A stretch of 62,882 nt of DNA, filler included. It is 8 parts of 8 records of this genome, joined end to end, with 100 filler letters (N's around TTAATTAATTAA, not from the genome) between each part and the next. Parts side by side here need not be neighbours in the genome. Positions count along the whole stretch, not along the records: positions 29,723 to 42,509 come from DRR723986_11596; positions 42,610 to 48,614 come from DRR723986_11599; 6 more parts are not named here. One strand, given 5' to 3'. The notes beneath the pieces are model-generated. The model was not told the origin of the DNA. It made no database searches and saw only the letters and a program-made list of their open reading frames with translations. The position numbers were made by a program, and so were the translations under genes. Below are positions 33,158-43,288 of this stretch, piece after piece. The stretch's first letter is position 1. Every line of letters begins with the position of its first letter.

Positions 33158-33903
33158 TTGAAAAAGGCGAACACGAAAAAGATTTTATTTTTGGAACACG
33201 AGCTGTCATGGAATCCATCCATGCAGGCAAAGACATTGACAAGGTGTTGGTTCAGAAAGAAATCAACAATGACCTAATTAAGGAATTGATTAAGCTTTGC
33301 AAAGCTGAAAAAATCCCCGTAGTCAGAGTCCCTGATGCTAAGCTCAATAGAATCACCCGCAAAAACCATCAGGGTGTAGTAGCCCAGATGTCCTCCATAG
33401 AATACGCTTCATTGGATCATGTAATCGAAAGCTGCTTCAACGTGGGCAAAGCTCCACTAATTTTGATATTAGATAGAATTACTGACGTGAGAAATTTTGG
33501 TGCAATCGCTAGAACTGCAGAATGTGCCGGAGTAGATGCAATAGTAATTCCCGAAAAGGGCAGTGCCCAGATCAACTCTGACGCAATAAAAACGTCGGTT
33601 GGAGCATTGAACTTCCTTCCTGTCGTTAGATCAAGAAACCTTTTTTATACGTGCAGAGACCTTCAAAAATCAGGTTTAGTATTGGTAGCCATCACAGAAA
33701 AAACTGAGAAAACCATGTACGAAGCTAACTTCTCAGTGCCAGTTGCGATGGTGATGGGATCTGAAGAAGATGGGATATCCACCGAACTAATGGGAATCGT
33801 AGACGAAAAAGTGAAAATCCCAATGGCAGGGAGAATCGAAAGTTTAAACGTTTCTGTTTCTGCCGGAGTGGCGATTTACGAAGCAATCAGGCAAAGGAAA
33901 TAA
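33130..33903 (+). CDS. rlmB: 23S rRNA (G2251-2'-O)-methyltransferase
   Basis: NHQGVVA, LDRITDVRNFGAIARTA, MGSEEDG, ESLNVSVS (SPOUT motifs). Confidence 0.93.
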   Translation: MEKRKDGFLIEKGEHEKDFIFGTRAVMESIHAGKDIDKVLVQKEINNDLIKELIKLCKAEKIPVVRVPDAKLNRITRKNHQGVVAQMSSIEYASLDHVIESCFNVGKAPLILILDRITDVRNFGAIARTAECAGVDAIVIPEKGSAQINSDAIKTSVGALNFLPVVRSRNLFYTCRDLQKSGLVLVAITEKTEKTMYEANFSVPVAMVMGSEEDGISTELMGIVDEKVKIPMAGRIESLNVSVSAGVAIYEAIRQRK

Positions 33904-33932
33904 TTTTAAAAACATTGTGGAAGGGGAAGATT

Positions 33933-35003
33933 TTAGATAAAGTCTTCCCCCTTCTTTTTTGCGTTGGATACAAACTCACGGAATTTTTTCTCAGCGTCTA
34001 GTTTGCAGATTAAAAGCACATTATCTGTCTCGTTGACCAAGTAGTTTTCCAGGCCTTGAACTACAACTAGCTTATCCCCCTTTACTTTGATATAGCTGTT
34101 TTCGGTTTCGTAAAGAACGGCATTTGCGTCCACCACATTGTTGTTTTCATCCTTATCTCTTAGCTCAAATAAGCTATTCCAGGAGCCCAAGTCTGACCAA
34201 CCAAAATCTCCCAAGATGACGTACACCTGGCTTGATTTTTCCATTATCCCAAAGTCGATGGAAATGTTTTTGACCTGTGTATAAGCCGTAGATACAAATT
34301 CAGCTTCCTTGGCAGTGCCATAAGCTGCTCTGCCTTCTTCAAAAACCTCTGCCAAATCGGGCATGCATTCTTCGTATGCCTTTATCAGGCTTTGCGCCTT
34401 CCAGACGAACATTCCTGAATTCCACACAAAATCCCCACTTTCTACGAATGTCTTTGCAAGCTTAGAATTTGGTTTTTCAGTGAAGGTCTTTACTCGATAC
34501 GCGATGTTATCTGGGCTTTCTATGTACTGGATATAGCCATAGCCAGTATCTGGTCTATTTGGCTTGATTCCTAGGGTTATAAGTCTGTCAGAGTCTGCTG
34601 CCTCTAATGCTTGATTGATGGTACGGGTGAATTTTTTCTCCTGCAAGATGAGATGATCTGCAGGTGTCACAATAATCTTAGCCTCTGGGTCCAAAGAATG
34701 TATTCTATAAGTAGCATACGCTATACAAGTTGCAGTATTCTTACGAAGAGGTTCAGATAGAATCTGATGATCTTTCAGTTCAGGAAGTTGTTCTTTTACC
34801 AGAGCAAGGTATTTACGATAAGTGATCACAACAAACTGCTCAGGTTCGGCGATTTCCAAAAATCGATCATACGTCATCTGCAATAGTGACCGACCTGTGC
34901 CCAAAACATCCAAAAATTGCTTAGGCCTCTTCCTACGGCTGTATGGCCAAAATCTTGTGCCGATTCCACCGGCCATTATAAGAATATAGGGTTTATTGTG
35001 CAT
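33933..35003 (-). CDS. manC: Mannose-1-phosphate guanylyltransferase
   Basis: MAGGIGTRFWPYSR..PKQF, EPLRKNTA, PADH, TGYGYI, FTEKP, WNSGMF, WSDLGSW. Confidence 0.92.
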   Translation of the reverse strand: MHNKPYILIMAGGIGTRFWPYSRRKRPKQFLDVLGTGRSLLQMTYDRFLEIAEPEQFVVITYRKYLALVKEQLPELKDHQILSEPLRKNTATCIAYATYRIHSLDPEAKIIVTPADHLILQEKKFTRTINQALEAADSDRLITLGIKPNRPDTGYGYIQYIESPDNIAYRVKTFTEKPNSKLAKTFVESGDFVWNSGMFVWKAQSLIKAYEECMPDLAEVFEEGRAAYGTAKEAEFVSTAYTQVKNISIDFGIMEKSSQVYVILGDFGWSDLGSWNSLFELRDKDENNNVVDANAVLYETENSYIKVKGDKLVVVQGLENYLVNETDNVLLICKLDAEKKFREFVSNAKKKGEDFI

Positions 35004-35011
35004 GCTAAAAG

Positions 35012-35980
35012 TTAAACAATTCCTTCTTTCATCAATTCATGAATATGAACAAAACCTGCGATTTTATCCCCATTCATGGCTACAAGCTGCGTGATATTAT
35101 GATTTTTCATCATATTCAAGGCACGAACGGCATATTCCTGTGTCGAAATCGATTTAGGATTTACCGTCATAATATCTGAAGCTCTGAGAAATTGAATATC
35201 TAGTGATTTTTGAAGCATTCTCCTCAAATCTCCATCCGTAATAATTCCTTTTAGATTTCCTTGCTCATCAGTTACAGAAGTCGCACCTAATCTTTTGCCG
35301 GAAATCTCTAAGATCACTTCAGCCAAACTGGCATTTTCGGTAACTACTGGGATTTCATTTCCCCCCAGCACATCACCAACTCTGAGATACAACTGCTTAC
35401 CCAAAGATCCTCCTGGGTGATATTTGGCAAAATCCTCTGGAGTGAACCCTCTCGCTTCAAGTAGGCATACTGCTAATGCATCTCCAAGCGCTAAATGTGC
35501 TGTCGTGCTGGTAGTGGGAGCCAAATTATTGGGACATGCTTCCTCACCAATGGTGGCATTTAGCACATAATCTGCCTGCTCAGCAAGGAAACTTTTTGTA
35601 TTGCTCACTAAAGCGACAAGTTTGGAACCAAGATTTTTAAGCAAAGGAACCAATACTTTGATCTCAGGGGTATTGCCACTTTTAGAGATACAAATCACGA
35701 TATCCTCTTCCAAAATCATTCCCAGGTCTCCATGAATTGCATCTGCGGCATGCATGAAAATGGCTGGCGTTCCCGTAGAATTAAGTGTGGCAACTATCTT
35801 ATTGGCTATAAGCGCACTTTTACCTACTCCTGTGATAACTACCCTTCCCTTTGAATCCAAAATATGGGCTACACAGGCTTCAAAATCGCCATCTAAAAAA
35901 TCAACGAGATTTAACACGGCCTGAGCCTCGTTTTGCAATACTCTCGTGGCTGTATTTCTAATATTTTTAGCTAAATTCAA
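35012..35980 (-). CDS. kdsD: KpsF/GutQ family arabinose-5-phosphate isomerase (SIS + CBS pair)
   Basis: GVGKSA, LNSTGTP, HGDLG, SKSGNTPE, APTTST, HPGGSLG, GIITDGDLRR. Confidence 0.92.
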   Translation of the reverse strand: MNLAKNIRNTATRVLQNEAQAVLNLVDFLDGDFEACVAHILDSKGRVVITGVGKSALIANKIVATLNSTGTPAIFMHAADAIHGDLGMILEEDIVICISKSGNTPEIKVLVPLLKNLGSKLVALVSNTKSFLAEQADYVLNATIGEEACPNNLAPTTSTTAHLALGDALAVCLLEARGFTPEDFAKYHPGGSLGKQLYLRVGDVLGGNEIPVVTENASLAEVILEISGKRLGATSVTDEQGNLKGIITDGDLRRMLQKSLDIQFLRASDIMTVNPKSISTQEYAVRALNMMKNHNITQLVAMNGDKIAGFVHIHELMKEGIV

Positions 35981-36076
35981 TTTTACCTGTGTTTATAACT
36001 AATTTTGAACCTGGGTATAAATGTAATAAATCATTCCTGTTTACAGGCTTTAGTTACCCTTTTAGCCCCCTAACAA

Positions 36077-38254
36077 GTGGAAGAAAAAGTAAAAGCAGAT
36101 CTTAAAAAAATCTTTGGGTTCAGCAAATTTCGCGGGAACCAAGAAATGATCGTCGATAATTTGCTAAACAAGCGAAATACCTTCGTAATCATGCCTACGG
36201 GTGCTGGCAAATCTTTGTGCTATCAATTGCCCGCAGTGATGAATGAGGGTACGGCTATCGTGATTTCTCCGTTGATAGCTTTGATGAAAAATCAGGTGGA
36301 TCAGTTGCAGGCATTGGGAATCAATGCTCATTTTCTGAACTCAACCCTCAATAAATCTGAAGCTACACGCGTGAAAAGCGAAGTCATGAAGAAGAAAACC
36401 AAACTTCTTTATGTAGCGCCTGAATCCTTGACAAAGGAAGAAAATGTAGAATTTCTCAAAGCAGCTACTCTAAGTTTTGTAGCCATCGATGAAGCTCACT
36501 GTATCTCTGAGTGGGGTCATGACTTCAGGCCAGAATACAGAAGAATCAAATCCATAATCGCACAGATCGCGCCTAACTTGCCGATCATCGCACTGACTGC
36601 TACTGCCACACCTAAAGTGCAGCAGGACATACAGCGCAACTTGCAGATGGAAGAAGCTGATTTATTCAAATCATCATTCAACAGAACCAACCTTTTCTAT
36701 GAGGTTCGTCCTAAGGTCAAAAATGATTCAAAAAAGGATTTGATCAAGTTCATCAAAGGACACAAAGGGAAATCCGGAATTATCTATTGCCTCAGTCGCA
36801 AAAAAGTAGAGGAAATCGCTCAGCTTCTCAAAGTAAATCAGGTAAATGCTGCTCCTTACCATGCAGGACTTGATTCCTCTGTTAGGATCAAAACTCAGGA
36901 AGATTTTCTAAATGAAGAACTGGATGTGATTGTGGCCACTATTGCATTTGGAATGGGAATAGACAAGCCTGATGTTCGTTATGTGATCCACTATGATGTG
37001 CCAAAATCTTTGGAAGGCTACTATCAGGAAACAGGGCGAGCAGGACGAGATGGTTTGGAAGGACATTGCCTCATGTTTTATAGGTATGAAGACATTGTAA
37101 AACTCGACAAATTCAACAAGGACAAGCCGGTCACCGAGCGTGAAAATGCCAAAACCCTATTGCAGGAAATGGCTGCTTATTCTGAAACTGGAGTTTGTAG
37201 AAGGAAATTCATTCTGAATTACTTTGGTGAAACGATGAATGACGATTGTGGCTTCTGTGACAATTGTAAGCGAAACCGGGAGACATTCGAAGGGATGGAC
37301 ATGGTGACTACCGTACTGGAAGCTGCCAAACAAACCAATGAACGTTTTGGCTTAGATCACCTCGTGAAAGTAATTGTAGGAGAATCAACAGATTATGTAC
37401 TGAGTTATTCACACGATAAGCTTCCTGTTTTCGGAAAAGGGAAAGATTCTTCTGAAAAAACCTGGATAGGAGTAATCCGTCAGGTGATGATTCTAAACAT
37501 GCTTGAAAAGGACATCGAAAGTTATGGGGTCCTAAAATTAACTTCCAAAGGCAAGGAATATCTTGAATCTCCTTTTGAGGTTGACCTACACCATGACCAC
37601 GATTTCGCAAAAGAAGTAGAATCAGGCCAAGCTGAAATTGTCATCAGTGCCGGAATCGCCTATGACGAGAAGCTATTTGAACTTTTAAAAGCAGAGCGTA
37701 AAAAAGTAGCCCGTTCCAAAGGCCTTCCTCCCTATGTCATCTTTCAGGACCCTTCTTTGGAAGAAATGGCAACCGTCTATCCAACTACGAGAGAAGAGCT
37801 AGCGCAAATCATTGGCGTTGGTATGGGAAAAGTCCTTAAATTCGGGTCTTCATTCCTGAAATTAATAGAGAATTACGTTGAAGAGAATGAGATAGAAACC
37901 GCTTCGGATGTCGTAGTAAAGTCATCTGGAACTAGGTCAAAAGTAAAAATTTCAATAATCCAGCAGATCGACCGCAAGGTAGGCTTGGACGAGGTAGCAG
38001 AAAACCTCAACATAAGTATGAGTGATTTACTGCACGAAATAGAGCAGATCATTTATAGCGGAACTAAACTAAATATAGATTACTACATAGAAGCGATCAT
38101 GGATGAGGATCGGGAGGATTTGCTCCACGATTACTTTATGAATGCTACGAGTGATCAGATCAAAGCAGCCTTAGATGAACTCGAAGACGAGGATTTCGCA
38201 GAAGATGAATTGCGAGTCTACCGGATCAAATTCATCTCTGAGCATGCAAATTAA
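36077..38254 (+). CDS. recQ: ATP-dependent DNA helicase RecQ
   Basis: MPTGAGKSLCYQLP, DEAHCISEWGHDFRP, QETGRAGRDG, RQC Cys cluster, HRDC. Confidence 0.97.
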   Translation: MEEKVKADLKKIFGFSKFRGNQEMIVDNLLNKRNTFVIMPTGAGKSLCYQLPAVMNEGTAIVISPLIALMKNQVDQLQALGINAHFLNSTLNKSEATRVKSEVMKKKTKLLYVAPESLTKEENVEFLKAATLSFVAIDEAHCISEWGHDFRPEYRRIKSIIAQIAPNLPIIALTATATPKVQQDIQRNLQMEEADLFKSSFNRTNLFYEVRPKVKNDSKKDLIKFIKGHKGKSGIIYCLSRKKVEEIAQLLKVNQVNAAPYHAGLDSSVRIKTQEDFLNEELDVIVATIAFGMGIDKPDVRYVIHYDVPKSLEGYYQETGRAGRDGLEGHCLMFYRYEDIVKLDKFNKDKPVTERENAKTLLQEMAAYSETGVCRRKFILNYFGETMNDDCGFCDNCKRNRETFEGMDMVTTVLEAAKQTNERFGLDHLVKVIVGESTDYVLSYSHDKLPVFGKGKDSSEKTWIGVIRQVMILNMLEKDIESYGVLKLTSKGKEYLESPFEVDLHHDHDFAKEVESGQAEIVISAGIAYDEKLFELLKAERKKVARSKGLPPYVIFQDPSLEEMATVYPTTREELAQIIGVGMGKVLKFGSSFLKLIENYVEENEIETASDVVVKSSGTRSKVKISIIQQIDRKVGLDEVAENLNISMSDLLHEIEQIIYSGTKLNIDYYIEAIMDEDREDLLHDYFMNATSDQIKAALDELEDEDFAEDELRVYRIKFISEHAN

Positions 38255-38268
38255 CTTGAATTGAGTCA

Positions 38269-39555
38269 ATGAATATACTCTTATTAGGGAGCGGAGGCAG
38301 AGAACACGCGTTCGCTTGGAAGATCGTACAAAGTACCGATTGCACCCAATTATATGTCGCTCCAGGTAATGCTGGCACAGAATCCATAGCTACCAATGTC
38401 TCCATCAGCATCACTGATTTCGACGCCATACGAGATTTTACAACCTCAAAAAACATAGGCCTTGTAGTCGTGGGCCCCGAAGAGCCTTTGGTAAAAGGGA
38501 TAGTAGATTACCTTCAAAACCAACCTGAAACTTCATCAATTCCCGTGGTGGGCCCCTCCCAATTAGGAGCTACATTGGAAGGCAGCAAGGACTTTTCGAA
38601 GCGTTTTATGCAACGAAATAATGTCCCTACTGCAGCTTACGAAACGTTCACTGCAGATCAGCTAGATGCTGGTTTGGCTTACTTGGACAAACAAAACCTT
38701 CCTATCGTATTAAAAGCAGATGGACTTGCCGCTGGTAAAGGCGTGCTGATCTGCTTGACTTTGGAGGACGCAAAAAATTCCTTGAAGGAGATGCTCTTAG
38801 ATCAGAAATTTGGCGAAGCATCCTCTAAAGTTGTAATTGAAGAATTCCTGACAGGAATCGAGCTTTCTGTGTTTGTTGCTACTGATGGAAAAAACTATAA
38901 GATTTTGCCAGAGGCAAAAGACTACAAAAGAATAGGCGAAGGAGACACTGGCCTGAATACAGGAGGAATGGGAGCTGTGAGCCCCGTTATTTTCGCAGAC
39001 GAAGCCTTTATGGCAAAAGTGGAAGAAAAGGTCGTGAAGCCTACAGTGGATGGTCTTGCGAAGGAAAACATCCCGTACAAAGGATTTTTATTCATAGGCC
39101 TAATGAACAAAGACGGTGAGCCACAGGTCATTGAATACAATGTGAGAATGGGTGATCCAGAAACGGAAGCAGTGCTTCCTAGAATTGAAAGTGATTTCTT
39201 GGGATTACTTCATGGTATAGGTACCGGAACTCTGGATTCTTATGAGCTTAAGATTTCTCCAGATTATGCAACCACCGTAGTAATGGTAAGTGGTGGATAT
39301 CCGGGATCTTATGAAAAAGGAAAAGTAATTTCTCTTCCGGAAACCGTTGAGGGTGCCGAGATTTTTCATGCAGGCACAGCAAGAAATGATAAGGGAGAAT
39401 TAGTCAATCAAGGTGGTCGAGTAATCGCTGTGACAGGAAGAGGTACGTCAATGCAGGAAGCTTTGAGCAATGCGTTCACCACTGTGAAGAGCATTGATTG
39501 GGACCAAGCCTACTACCGCAAGGATATCGGAATGGATATCCTGAACTTAATGTAA
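38269..39555 (+). CDS. purD: Phosphoribosylamine-glycine ligase
   Basis: GSGGREHA, LEGSK, KADGLAAGKGV, NTGGMGA, EYNVRMGDPE. Confidence 0.97.
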   Translation: MNILLLGSGGREHAFAWKIVQSTDCTQLYVAPGNAGTESIATNVSISITDFDAIRDFTTSKNIGLVVVGPEEPLVKGIVDYLQNQPETSSIPVVGPSQLGATLEGSKDFSKRFMQRNNVPTAAYETFTADQLDAGLAYLDKQNLPIVLKADGLAAGKGVLICLTLEDAKNSLKEMLLDQKFGEASSKVVIEEFLTGIELSVFVATDGKNYKILPEAKDYKRIGEGDTGLNTGGMGAVSPVIFADEAFMAKVEEKVVKPTVDGLAKENIPYKGFLFIGLMNKDGEPQVIEYNVRMGDPETEAVLPRIESDFLGLLHGIGTGTLDSYELKISPDYATTVVMVSGGYPGSYEKGKVISLPETVEGAEIFHAGTARNDKGELVNQGGRVIAVTGRGTSMQEALSNAFTTVKSIDWDQAYYRKDIGMDILNLM

Positions 39556-39598
39556 TTAAACCCAAAACTAACCAGGGCTCAGCCCCTGTCTATATATT

Positions 39599-41110
39599 AT
39601 GTCTGGATGTAGCACATGCTCAACCTCCTCAGGAGGGACCGGAGGATGCCAAAGTAACGGCACCTGTGGCACGAGTGATTGTAATAAAATGAATGTTTTC
39701 GATTGGCTATCTCACATGGGAATTCCCGAGGTAGACAACTTTGATATAGTAGAAGTAAAATTCAAAGGAGGAAGAAAAGAATACTACAGAAATGTGGATT
39801 TTCTTGCTTTAAATACTGGTGATCCTGTCGTAGTAGACGTCCCAAGTGGACATCACATAGGCTATGTATCACTCCAAGGCGAACTTGTTCGTCTTCAGAT
39901 GCAAAAAAGAAAAATCAGGAATGACGACGAAATCCTGAGAATATACCGCGTCGCGAATCAAAAAGACATGGAAAAGTGGGGAGAAGCTCAAAACCGTGAA
40001 ATCCCTACGCTTTATAGATGTCGTCAGATTGTGGAGGAATTTGGATTGAAGATGAAAATGTCGGATGTCGAATATCAGGCAGATAATTCCAAAGCTACTT
40101 TTTATTATTCCGCAGACGACCGCGTAGATTTCCGTGAATTGATTAAAGCGCTGGCGGGTGAATTCAGAATCCGTGTAGAAATGCGCCAAATCAGCCTAAG
40201 ACAAGAGGCGGGAAGGCTTGGAGGTATCGGAGTTTGTGGAAGAGAACTATGCTGTTCCACCTGGTTGGTTGATTTTAAAAACGTCAGCACCTCAGCGGCG
40301 AGATATCAAAACTTATCTCTAAACCCCGGAAAACTGAGTGGTCAATGCGGAAGGCTGAAATGCTGTCTAAATTATGAGTTGGACACCTACATGGATGCGA
40401 TCAAAGATATTCCATCCATCGATCGTCCCCTTCAGACCGAATCGGGCCCAGCAAAACTTCAGAAAACGGATATTTTCCGCAAGCTGATGTGGTTCAGTTA
40501 TAATAATGACAACGATTGGCATAGCATTACCTGCGAGCGAGTAAAAGAAATACTTGCGATTAATGAAAAAGGAAAAAAAGTCTTCACTCTCCAGTACAAT
40601 GAAGCTTCAGAAATTGAAGATATGGCTGCCAAGTCTACGAGAGAATTAGAGCTTTTGGATAAAAAATTTGCTTCTACAAGCCCTAAACGGAAGAAAAAAC
40701 CTCGTCCACAAAACAGAAATGCAGGTGGGAACAGAAATCAAGATAATTCCAATAAACCACCTCAAAAGCAAAATCAACCTCAGGCTCAGCAATCTTCTCC
40801 TCAAAAAGCCAATCAAGGTCCAAGACCGGCGGGAGATCATCCTAAAAAACGTAGGAATAAAAACAGGAATAAGCCTAGGAATCCAGAGGCCAATGCTGGA
40901 CAGGCTCCAGCAGCTCAACCTCAGCAGACAAAGCCGCAAAACGGCCCTCCAAAGAGGCAAAACGTGCAGAAGCCAAAAGCTAATGATGGAAATGCTGGGA
41001 ACGCTTCAAACCCGAATGCTGGTCCGGCTAAGCCAAAACCACAAGGAAAAAAGAGATTCCCTCCTAGAAAAAACCAAGGGCCAAATCCAAATAAACCTGG
41101 AAATGAATAA
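39599..41110 (+). CDS. ricT: PSP1/RicT (YaaT) Fe-S regulatory protein with long low-complexity C-tail
   Basis: RVDFRELIK, GGIGVCGRELCC, GQCGRLKCCLNYE; N-terminal Cys cluster. Confidence 0.9.
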   Translation: MSGCSTCSTSSGGTGGCQSNGTCGTSDCNKMNVFDWLSHMGIPEVDNFDIVEVKFKGGRKEYYRNVDFLALNTGDPVVVDVPSGHHIGYVSLQGELVRLQMQKRKIRNDDEILRIYRVANQKDMEKWGEAQNREIPTLYRCRQIVEEFGLKMKMSDVEYQADNSKATFYYSADDRVDFRELIKALAGEFRIRVEMRQISLRQEAGRLGGIGVCGRELCCSTWLVDFKNVSTSAARYQNLSLNPGKLSGQCGRLKCCLNYELDTYMDAIKDIPSIDRPLQTESGPAKLQKTDIFRKLMWFSYNNDNDWHSITCERVKEILAINEKGKKVFTLQYNEASEIEDMAAKSTRELELLDKKFASTSPKRKKKPRPQNRNAGGNRNQDNSNKPPQKQNQPQAQQSSPQKANQGPRPAGDHPKKRRNKNRNKPRNPEANAGQAPAAQPQQTKPQNGPPKRQNVQKPKANDGNAGNASNPNAGPAKPKPQGKKRFPPRKNQGPNPNKPGNE

Positions 41111-41558
41111 GGTAAAACATTGCCTATTAGTAGTACTTATTCTCGTAAGTGTAGCCTGTACTGAGGGCCGCATATACGAGGATTTTCAAAGCCTACCCAA
41201 TCAAAACTGGGGTGTCACTGATAGCCTTATTTTTGATTTTCAGGATGTAGAGCTGATTAACACGCCTAACTTGGTGGCGATGAAATTTAACGAGGAATAT
41301 GCTTTCTCCAACTGCTACCTGAGAATCATCAGTAAAGATTCGGCAGGAGTTATTCTAGACAATAAGTTGGTAAACATGGTTTTATTCGACCCGAAGTCTG
41401 GAGAGCCGCTAGGAGAAGGTTTTGGGAATTCTTACACGCGCTACGATACACTTCCTTTCTTATTTGATCAGCAGACCAAAAGCGTCACGCTATTGCAATA
41501 CATGCGGCAGGATTTACTACCAGGTGTAGAGGCAGTTGGGATTAAGATTCTGAAATAA
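41103..41558 (+). CDS. gldH: Gliding motility lipoprotein GldH
   Basis: Lipobox SVAC; YAFSNCYL, GEPLGEGFG, QYMRQDLLPGV..VGIKI; follows PSP1 as usual in Bacteroidota. Confidence 0.88.
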   Translation: MNKVKHCLLVVLILVSVACTEGRIYEDFQSLPNQNWGVTDSLIFDFQDVELINTPNLVAMKFNEEYAFSNCYLRIISKDSAGVILDNKLVNMVLFDPKSGEPLGEGFGNSYTRYDTLPFLFDQQTKSVTLLQYMRQDLLPGVEAVGIKILK

Positions 41559-41718
41559 ATGTAAAGCTGAAAAATAGAAGAAGAGATACCGAGGTAGGTT
41601 TTACATCATCGCATACAGTAAGCATGAAGCGACCTAGAGTAAATGGCTAGAAGTAAAACTTGACAGAGTTATAGAAAAAAAGCCGTGAGCTCTATTTCTC
41701 CTCGCATGACCTGTGGGG

Positions 41719-42168
41719 TTATATTTTTTTTTGAAAGCATACGCTATTGTCCATCCCAATGTATTGTCCATAGTTTGGAATGAGAACGTATCCCTGCTTT
41801 TTATAGAGTGCAAGAGCTTCCACCTGCCTTTTCCCTGTTTCGAGTACGCATTTATTATAATCTAATTCGGCAGCCCAAATTTCCAATTCTGTCAATACTA
41901 GAGATGCAAAGCCTTTCCCTCTAGCTTCAGGAGAAGTAAACATCCGCTTCACTTCCATAGAATTCTCATCAAATTCTTTCATTGCACCACAAGCTATTGG
42001 GGTTTCATTTTCATAGCAAACCACCACATTTTTCAGGTTGACGATCTTATTAAATTGATTGTAAAAATCATGGTCTCTTCCATCCTTCTCGGCTAGGTAT
42101 GCATCCAGCAACTTTACCAGAGCTATAAAATCAGGATTGGAAGAATCAGTGCGTGTGAGTGTGATCAT
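41719..42168 (-). CDS. GNAT family N-acetyltransferase
   Basis: EVKRMFTSPEARGKGFAS, LETGKRQVEALALY. Confidence 0.9.
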   Translation of the reverse strand: MITLTRTDSSNPDFIALVKLLDAYLAEKDGRDHDFYNQFNKIVNLKNVVVCYENETPIACGAMKEFDENSMEVKRMFTSPEARGKGFASLVLTELEIWAAELDYNKCVLETGKRQVEALALYKKQGYVLIPNYGQYIGMDNSVCFQKKI

Positions 42169-42479
42169 GGGTTAAAGATAAACGAAAAGACTTGGTTATT
42201 CTGAAATCTTGGTACGGCCTTCCGCAGAATATTTCGACAGAAAAAGGGCTTTGAGACTTCTTTATCCATGTGTGAATCAAGAACTAAGTTATATTGCAGA
42301 GCAGTAAAAATAAAACAAAATTGAGAACGCTAAATATTTCTAAATTCGGATGATCTCTTCACTGACCAAAACCAACACTTTATCCTGGTTTGTGAGCTCA
42401 TAGATTAAGATTAAAGAATTTAACTTGTAGAGAAGGAGAAATGCCACAAACCATGGTGCTTGAAATCATTAATTTACAG

Positions 42480-42509
42480 GACACTATCCCGAAAAGTGTG
42501 TAAATGAAT
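42480..42509. mobile_element. Probable IS256-family terminal inverted repeat at the contig end
   Basis: GACACTATCCCGAAAAGTGTGTAAA resembles IS256-type ends (GA...TGTGTAAA) and sits where the assembly breaks; no transposase present. Confidence 0.4.
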
Positions 42510-42609
42510 NNNNNNNNNNNNNNNNNNNNNNNNNNNNNNNNNNNNNNNNNNNNTTAATTAATTAANNNNNNNNNNNNNNNNNNNNNNNNNNNNNNNNNNN
42601 NNNNNNNNN
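42510..42609. other. Artificial contig linker 5
   Basis: N44-TTAATTAATTAA-N44. Confidence 0.99.
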
Positions 42610-42655
42610 ATATCCCGGGGGGCGCGGCACGCGCGGGGGCGGAGCCCCCTCCGCC
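42610..42655. repeat. REP-like GC palindrome at the contig edge
   Basis: CCCGGGGGG...GCGGGGGCGGAGCCCCC hairpin of the kind dispersed in Rhodobacteraceae. Confidence 0.45.
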
Positions 42656-42658
42656 CTC

Positions 42659-43147
42659 TCAATGGTTGTCGTGCGTGCCCATCACGCGCTCGACTTGGCG
42701 CAGCACCAACAGCACCGCGACCACCACGAAGGTCGCCATGGCGGCCAGCGGCATCTGGCCCGCGCCGCAGCCCAGCCCGATCCCGCCCGCCAGCCAGAGC
42801 GAGGCGCCGGTGGTCACGTTGCGGACCTTTTCTCCGGCGGTGAAGATCAACCCGGCGGCAAGGAAGGCCACGCCCGCCGTCACCGCCTCGATCATCCGCA
42901 GCGGGTCGTTGCGCTGCTCGCCTTCGCCGAAGTCCATCGCCGCCAGTTCGCGCCCCAGCAGCACGAAGAGGCAGGCGGCCACGGAGACGAGGATATGCGT
43001 CCGCAGACCCGCCGGTTTCTCGCGCCATTCCCGTTCCAGCCCGACCACGCCGCCGAGGAAGATCGCCGCGACGATGCGGGCAAAGGCGACCTCGGGCGGG
43101 ATGACGGAAAAAGAGCGGGTAAGTTCCTGCGTGATCTGGTCGAACAT
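42659..43147 (-). CDS. MgtC/SapB family membrane protein
   Basis: GLEREWREKPAGLRTH, DPLRMIEAVTAGVAFLAAG, TTGASLW. Confidence 0.9.
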   Translation of the reverse strand: MFDQITQELTRSFSVIPPEVAFARIVAAIFLGGVVGLEREWREKPAGLRTHILVSVAACLFVLLGRELAAMDFGEGEQRNDPLRMIEAVTAGVAFLAAGLIFTAGEKVRNVTTGASLWLAGGIGLGCGAGQMPLAAMATFVVVAVLLVLRQVERVMGTHDNH

Positions 43148-43288
43148 GAATGGGCCCCTGTACCTGTGCGGGGACAATGCCCGCCTGACGAAGTTGTTCC
43201 CGGGGAAGGGGCTTGGCACGGCCGACATCCTGCCTATCTGGCAAGGCCCATGGCGGTCCACCCACGGACCCGACAGAAAGGAAACACC

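Noticed and set aside
40668-41102. Long N-terminal extension of GldH in the ORF track (possible frameshift fusion with RicT)
   Set aside because: It is an alternate frame of the low-complexity RicT tail. GldH has its own signal peptide and lipobox from ATG 41103.
42662-43288. 383-aa ORF suggesting a fused peroxiredoxin
   Set aside because: The N-terminal part is the antisense shadow of the MgtC gene. The real start with an RBS is at 43289.
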